Source: Alphaproteobacteria bacterium
GTDB taxonomy: Bacteria; Pseudomonadota; Alphaproteobacteria; Rhizobiales; OSC116
DNA: 64,000 nucleotides
Assembly: GCA_002400495.2 (NCBI GenBank)
Contig: NVQL02000076.1
Coordinates: forward strand, 8,722 to 72,721
Direction of reading: 5' to 3'
Shown: one piece after another, positions 58,946-64,000 of the stretch
How the letters are laid out: every line of letters begins with the position of its first letter
How positions within the stretch are numbered: the first letter of the stretch is position 1
Program-made: the position numbers and the translations under genes
The notes under the pieces: generated by a model
What the model saw: the letters and a program-made list of their open reading frames with translations, nothing else
What the model was told of the DNA's origin: nothing
The model's database searches: none

Positions 58946-60363
58946 TAGTTGCGTAACTCGATAAGCGCTTGCGTTACCTTGGTGATGAATTCATCATTTG
59001 TGCCGAGCGCGTCGAAAATGCTAGTGATGGACGCATAGGCTTTGACCATTGTTGCGGCATCAGGCTCTTGGCCGATGAGTTTGAATTGGTCGGCTAATGG
59101 GTCGCGGACGAATATCTCATTGCCTTGTAAGTCTGAGGCACTGGCATATTGCATCCAGCCTGCAACGCATTTGGCCAAGCTGTCATATGGGCGGTTGGCT
59201 TTGATGTTGGCGCGGATCGTGTCGAGAATCCGTTGTGGTAGCTTTTGTGAGCCGTCCATGGCGATTTGCCAGGTTAGGTGGTTGAGTGCTGGGTTTTTAA
59301 AGCGTTCGATGAGTTGGTCGCGATAGGCGGGTAAATCAACATTTGGTAAATCTAGGGTGGGGATGATTTCATTGGTCATCATATTGGTGATTAGGGTTTG
59401 GAATTTTGGTTGCGCCATAACTTCGGCGACGGTCTTATGACCTGCTAGATAGCCGAGATAGGCGATGGTCGAATGGCTGCCATTGAGCATGCGTAATTTC
59501 ATCAATTCATATGGTTCAACATTATCGACCAATTGTGCGCCGACTTTTTCATATGCGGGGCGGGTGTTGCAGAAATTATCTTCGATCACCCATTGGCTGA
59601 ACGGCTCGGCCATGACGGGCCATTTATCTTCATAGCCTATAGCTTGGCTGATTTGTGTGCGGTTGTCATCGGTGGTGGCGGGTACAATGCGGTCAACCAT
59701 AGTGCTTGGGAACGTCACCTTTGCCTCAATCCATTTGGCAAGATCGGCATCATATAATCTGGCATATTGCAAAATGACTTTTTGGGTGACTTTGCCATTC
59801 ATTGGCAGGTTATCGCAGGATAGGACGGTAAAGGGGGCAGTGCCATTTTTGCGCCTTATGCGCAAAGCTTCGACAATATAACCCGCTGCGGTTTTGGGCG
59901 CTGTGGGGTTGGTAAGGTCGGCAATGATGTCGGCATGGTTGGCATCTAAATTGCCCGTTGCGGGGTCATGACAATAGCCTTTTTCGGTGATGGTCAGTGA
60001 GACTATTTTTGTGGCCTCTGCGGTTAAGGCATCCAAAACGGCTTGCGGGTTTTCGGGTGCGGTGATGATGTTAAGCACACTGCCAATGATGCGATTGCTT
60101 TGACCGCTTGCATCATTGGTGGCAACGGTGAACAGATTGTCTTGTGGGTTTAATGCTTTGGTCGTTGTGTTGCTGCGTAACGACACGCCCAATATGCCCC
60201 ATTGTGGTTGTTCGGCAAGCAAGCTGTCAATATAAACAGCTTGGTGGGCGCGATGAAAAGCGCCGATACCCAAATGTACAATACCGACGCTGATTTTTGA
60301 GCGGTCATAATTGGGTGTCTGGGCATCAGCTTGCGTTAGATTTTTGGAGGTTAAACGCATCAT
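58945..60363 (-). CDS. uxuB: Mannitol dehydrogenase family, D-mannonate oxidoreductase (fructuronate reductase)
   Basis: HLGIGAFHRAHQA, TITEKGY, SCDN, MVDRIVP and KLRMLNGSH motifs; next to uxaC. Confidence 0.85.
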   Translation of the reverse strand: MMRLTSKNLTQADAQTPNYDRSKISVGIVHLGIGAFHRAHQAVYIDSLLAEQPQWGILGVSLRSNTTTKALNPQDNLFTVATNDASGQSNRIIGSVLNIITAPENPQAVLDALTAEATKIVSLTITEKGYCHDPATGNLDANHADIIADLTNPTAPKTAAGYIVEALRIRRKNGTAPFTVLSCDNLPMNGKVTQKVILQYARLYDADLAKWIEAKVTFPSTMVDRIVPATTDDNRTQISQAIGYEDKWPVMAEPFSQWVIEDNFCNTRPAYEKVGAQLVDNVEPYELMKLRMLNGSHSTIAYLGYLAGHKTVAEVMAQPKFQTLITNMMTNEIIPTLDLPNVDLPAYRDQLIERFKNPALNHLTWQIAMDGSQKLPQRILDTIRANIKANRPYDSLAKCVAGWMQYASASDLQGNEIFVRDPLADQFKLIGQEPDAATMVKAYASITSIFDALGTNDEFITKVTQALIELRN

Positions 60364-61763
60364 AGTTTATAAGCCTTTTTTGCGAGGCCATAAGTCAACT
60401 CATGGGCTAATACTAAAGCCTCATCTTCATCCAATAAATGGCGTGCGACTTGGTCGGCCAGATAAGCGCAATCGACACGGCGGGCAACATCATGCCGTGC
60501 GGGAATGGAGGGGAAGGCTCTTGTGTCATCATTAAAACCGACAGTGTTATAAAAACCTGCTGTTTCTGTTACTTGCTGGCGGTAACGTAACATGCCTTCG
60601 GGCGCATCGTAAAACCACCATGCAGGCCCGAGTTTTAGTGCCGAATAAACGCCTGCTAATGGGGCTAGTTCGCGCGAATAGGTGCTTTCATCTAAGGTGA
60701 ATATGATGAGCGTGAGCTTGGGGTCAAAGCCATATTTATCGAGTAAGGGTTTGAGTGAGGTGACATAATTGACGCGTTGGGGAATGTCAGTGCCCATATT
60801 GGCGCCGAATTGATTAAAAATGCCTGCATGGTGGCTGCGGTGTGAGCCGCAATGTAATTGCATCACTAAGCCGTCTTCGCAACTCATACCGGCCATTTCG
60901 GTTAGCATTTGGGCGCGGAAAACTTCTATTTCGTCTTTAGAGGCACGCTGCATGATGATGTTTTCATAAAGCTGGGCGGCTTTGTCTTTGGGTAGATCGA
61001 CAGTGCGTGCGGTCGGGTGGCCGTGGTCGGTGGTGGTCGCGCCAAGCGCCTTAAAATACGCGCGGCGGTTGCGATGAGCGGCTAAATAGCCATCCCATGT
61101 GACAATATCTTCGCCCGTAATTTCGCCAAATTTTTGAATGTTTTGTTTGAAATTTGGGGTGTCAGGATCGATGACAATGTCAGGTCGATAGGATGAAATA
61201 ACGCGGCCGCTCCAGCTGCTATCATTGATGGCCTGATGATGAATGAGCGGGTCGAGCGGGGTTTCTGTGGTGCTTAAACATTCGATGTTAAATTGGTCAT
61301 ATAAAGCACGAGGCTTAAAACTGTCTTTGGCTAAATCTTCGGCGATTTTATCGTAATAATCGTTGGCATTTTTGGCGGTTAAGCGTTCGGTGAAACCGAA
61401 TAGGTTTTGGAAGGTATAATCTAACCAAAGCCTTGTGGGCGTGGCGCGGAATAGGTGGTAATTTTCGGCAAATAGTTGCCAAATTTTGCGGCCATTTTTT
61501 TGTTTGGTCACGCCTTTGGTGTCGGGAATGCCCAAATCTTCGAGTTTAATGCCTTGCGATAACAACATACGGAAAATATAATGGTCGGGCACAATTAGCA
61601 ATTGAGCAGGATCTACAAAATTTTCATTTTTGGCGAACCATTCTGGGTCGGTATGGCCATGTGGTGAGATGATGGGTAGGTTTTTAATCTCGCCAAACAG
61701 GCGTCGCGCAATGCTACGGGTGTCTGAATCGGTGGGGAATAATCTATTTTTATTCAGCAACAT
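60360..61763 (-). CDS. uxaC: Glucuronate isomerase
   Basis: ISPHGH, PDHY, GPAWWF and GFNDDTRAF motifs. Confidence 0.95.
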   Translation of the reverse strand: MLLNKNRLFPTDSDTRSIARRLFGEIKNLPIISPHGHTDPEWFAKNENFVDPAQLLIVPDHYIFRMLLSQGIKLEDLGIPDTKGVTKQKNGRKIWQLFAENYHLFRATPTRLWLDYTFQNLFGFTERLTAKNANDYYDKIAEDLAKDSFKPRALYDQFNIECLSTTETPLDPLIHHQAINDSSWSGRVISSYRPDIVIDPDTPNFKQNIQKFGEITGEDIVTWDGYLAAHRNRRAYFKALGATTTDHGHPTARTVDLPKDKAAQLYENIIMQRASKDEIEVFRAQMLTEMAGMSCEDGLVMQLHCGSHRSHHAGIFNQFGANMGTDIPQRVNYVTSLKPLLDKYGFDPKLTLIIFTLDESTYSRELAPLAGVYSALKLGPAWWFYDAPEGMLRYRQQVTETAGFYNTVGFNDDTRAFPSIPARHDVARRVDCAYLADQVARHLLDEDEALVLAHELTYGLAKKAYKL

Positions 61764-61787
61764 AGCGAGATTCCATAAAGTTGTTGT

Positions 61788-62792
61788 TTAGAGTAGGTCG
61801 TTTATTCTGCTGGCGGCGAGGCTTAGGCTTTGCACGGCACTGCCATCATCGGCGGTTTCGAGCATTTTTTCGACTTGTTTGCGGTGCGGTATGGCATTAA
61901 CAGCACCATAATTGGTGACGCAAATGGCCGCTGCTGCACAAGCATATTTTGCGGCTTGTTTGGCATCGTCGGTTTTTAGCAGTTCGGCTAAAAATGCGCC
62001 GCCAAATGTATCGCCAGCTGCGGTGCTATCGACTGCATTGACAGGAAAGGGGGCTATGTCATGGCGTTCATCGCAACAGGATAGGCGGCAGCCATCACTA
62101 CCCAATTTCAGTGCAACAATTTTTGCGCCTAAATCGTGATAAAAATCAATAACCTCATCATTATCAGTGAGGCCGGTCAGCAATGTGGCGTCATCATAGC
62201 TTGGCAAGGCGATGTCAATGTCCTTCATGGCTTGGTGGATTGTGGTTTGGGCATCTTCTAACGACCATAATTTAAGCCGTAAATTGGTATCAACACTGAC
62301 CATAACGCCATTGGCTTTGGCATGTTTAATGGCGGCAAAAACCGCATCACGGGCGCTATGAGATATCGCCAAGCTGATGCCTGAAATGTGCAGGATTTTG
62401 GCGCTGGCAATATAATCGAGCGGCAGGTCATCGGCAGTCATTAAAGCAGCGGCGCTGTTTTTTCTGAAATAAGTATATTCATGGCCATCAGGCACGGGAT
62501 CGACAAAATATATGCCTGTGGGGGCATCCTCACTCAAAGCTACGTGTTTGGTATCGACATTTTCACTGCCCCATAAATCTATCAAGCTTTTGGCAAACGG
62601 GTCATCGCCTAATGCGGTGATGTAGCCAGTGCAGGCGCCTTGGCGTGCGGCTGCGATAACTGCGTTGGATGTATCGCCGCCAAAACCTTGTTTGTAAAAC
62701 GGGCCATGGTCATGATTTTCGCCAATGGCGTCATCACGGCGGACAAATTCGGCCAATGGCTCGCCCATGCATAAAATATCTGGTTGGTTCAT
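61788..62792 (-). CDS. kdgK: PfkB kinase, 2-keto-3-deoxygluconate kinase-like
   Basis: GGDTSN, DTNLRLKLW and DSTAAGDTF motifs; pathway context. Confidence 0.8.
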   Translation of the reverse strand: MNQPDILCMGEPLAEFVRRDDAIGENHDHGPFYKQGFGGDTSNAVIAAARQGACTGYITALGDDPFAKSLIDLWGSENVDTKHVALSEDAPTGIYFVDPVPDGHEYTYFRKNSAAALMTADDLPLDYIASAKILHISGISLAISHSARDAVFAAIKHAKANGVMVSVDTNLRLKLWSLEDAQTTIHQAMKDIDIALPSYDDATLLTGLTDNDEVIDFYHDLGAKIVALKLGSDGCRLSCCDERHDIAPFPVNAVDSTAAGDTFGGAFLAELLKTDDAKQAAKYACAAAAICVTNYGAVNAIPHRKQVEKMLETADDGSAVQSLSLAASRINDLL

Positions 62793-63424
62793 GATGTGGC
62801 TCCTGCCAAAATGGCTTGCACTTGTTGCGCGGCTTTGCGGATCACATCATCATCGCCAGCTTGTAGGGCTTTGTCGTTAACCAGATTGCCGCCCATGCCG
62901 ACACATAACGCGCCAGCGGCTAGATAATCGAGCATATTTTCGGGCGTTACGCCGCCTGTTGGCATAAATATAATATCAGGGAATACGGACAGCATGGTTT
63001 TGACAAAAGCGGGGCCACCGAGCAGGCCTGCGGGGAAGAGTTTTACGACTTCGGCACCATCTGTGTGGGCGCGTAAAACCTCGCTGGGGGTTGATGCGCC
63101 AGGCATATAGGGCAGGCCGAGTTTTTGGCAATCTGCTGCCATGCCATCGACAATGGCGGGGGAGACGATGAATTTTGCACCTGCATCAGCCACCGCGTGC
63201 AGATCGGCTTGGTTTAGCACCGTGCCTGCGCCAACTAAGATACCTGATTTTTGTGATAGGTTCTTGATGATATTGACGGCGTCTGGCGTGGTCATGGTCA
63301 GCTCAAAACAAGTGAAACCTTGTTCGTTGAGAATGTCGACTGCGCGCTCGGCGGCTTTGGCAGTGCTGGTGCGAATGACAGGAACGGTTTTAACGGCGCG
63401 CAATTGGCTTATGATATTTGACAT
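62789..63424 (-). CDS. eda: KDPG/KHG aldolase
   Basis: VPVIR, ELT, GAGTV, VKLFPA and PTGGV motifs; start ATG 63424. Confidence 0.9.
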   Translation of the reverse strand: MSNIISQLRAVKTVPVIRTSTAKAAERAVDILNEQGFTCFELTMTTPDAVNIIKNLSQKSGILVGAGTVLNQADLHAVADAGAKFIVSPAIVDGMAADCQKLGLPYMPGASTPSEVLRAHTDGAEVVKLFPAGLLGGPAFVKTMLSVFPDIIFMPTGGVTPENMLDYLAAGALCVGMGGNLVNDKALQAGDDDVIRKAAQQVQAILAGATS

Positions 63425-63461
63425 AGATCTCTGACCCTCTGGTAATTTAATCAGGTTTAAC

Positions 63462-63475
63462 ACTAGTATGGTAGT
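63462..63475. promoter_or_regulatory. Candidate GntR (UxuR-like) operator, copy 2
   Basis: ACTAGTATGGTAGT upstream of eda-kdgK-uxaC-uxuB. Confidence 0.6.
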
Positions 63476-63532
63476 GATGCAATTTATAATTTTAGCTATA
63501 AACAGTTGATTCATCATACCTTAGTTATGAAT

Positions 63533-64000
63533 CTATTGAGTATCAAATAGTTTTGTATGGTCAAACAGAGTTTCTAGGGTTTTCATGCGTTGTTTGGTGT
63601 CTTCCCACGTGGCGCTTTGCACGCCAGCTAGCAGAGATTCGAGGATAAACATGGTGACGATGTTGCTATCCCAAGCGCTTGGCACCTCGATGCGCGCATG
63701 AAATGCATGATCGGCATATTTGGCAACGGGAGAGCCCCATTGATCGGTGAATAGGATTAGTTTGAGTTTTTTCTTTTTAGCCATTTCGGCTAGATGCAAA
63801 ATGTCGGTTTCATAGCGTCTAATATCAAACGTAATGAGGGTGTCGCCCTCTTGCATATTGATGATATAATGCGCCCATGTGTTGGAATTGGGAGCAATGA
63901 GGGTGAGGCCATCGCGCATCACTTGCATTTGGGTGTAGAAATAATCGGCCAATGAGCGCGTGATGCGGCCACCAACCACATAAATGTCGCTTTTTTTATC
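63533..64000 (-). CDS. MurR/RpiR-family regulator, C-terminal SIS domain (truncated by window end)
   Basis: IYVVGGR, DIRRYE and FTDQWGSP motifs; the frame is open to the window edge. Confidence 0.85.
   Translation of the reverse strand, partial: DKKSDIYVVGGRITRSLADYFYTQMQVMRDGLTLIAPNSNTWAHYIINMQEGDTLITFDIRRYETDILHLAEMAKKKKLKLILFTDQWGSPVAKYADHAFHARIEVPSAWDSNIVTMFILESLLAGVQSATWEDTKQRMKTLETLFDHTKLFDTQ

Noticed and set aside
7661-63434. Numerous 60-200 aa antisense or alternate-frame ORFs in the track (e.g. 7661-8227, 25510-26016, 35157-35747, 46089-46574)
   Set aside because: They overlap well-supported genes and have no motifs; they are shadow ORFs.
1-64000. CRISPR arrays, rRNA/tRNA genes, intact IS elements or prophage
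   Set aside because: I saw no regularly spaced repeats, cloverleafs, transposases or phage genes on reading; a tool-based scan was not possible.

Overview
The window reads as a chromosomal segment of a relatively AT-rich alphaproteobacterium (inferred from gene families and gene order). It is almost entirely metabolic, and I saw no rRNA, tRNA or CRISPR array. In order: (1) end of a TetR gene, esterase, SMP-30 lactonase and EamA transporter; (2) a decayed islet with a frameshifted tyrosine-integrase remnant and a membrane-anchored metzincin; (3) a ~19.5 kb cluster with PNP, nucleoside ABC, MtaD-like deaminase, aldolase/SDR fusion, SorC-type regulator, mtnA, mtnK, sugar ABC, split transketolase-like enzyme and a form IV RuBisCO-like protein (RLP); (4) a form I aerobic CO dehydrogenase cluster (coxC-like, coxMSL, coxDEF, mocA, coxG, coxI-like); (5) SIS/GatZ/DeoR genes; (6) a GAF-kinase/response-regulator sugar ABC locus with a repeated palindromic operator; (7) a hexuronate (Ashwell) pathway with a TRAP transporter. 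There are two best candidates for undescribed biology. The first is the mtnK-mtnA-RLP-transketolase-aldolase/SDR locus: its transketolase lacks the histidine that normally binds the donor C1-OH, which suggests a new route for methylthioribose/5-deoxyribose catabolism. The second is a ~475-nt non-coding rod-like inverted-repeat element at 58471-58945 whose mismatches are mostly G-U compatible on the + strand. All functional calls come from motif recognition by eye; no database searches were run.
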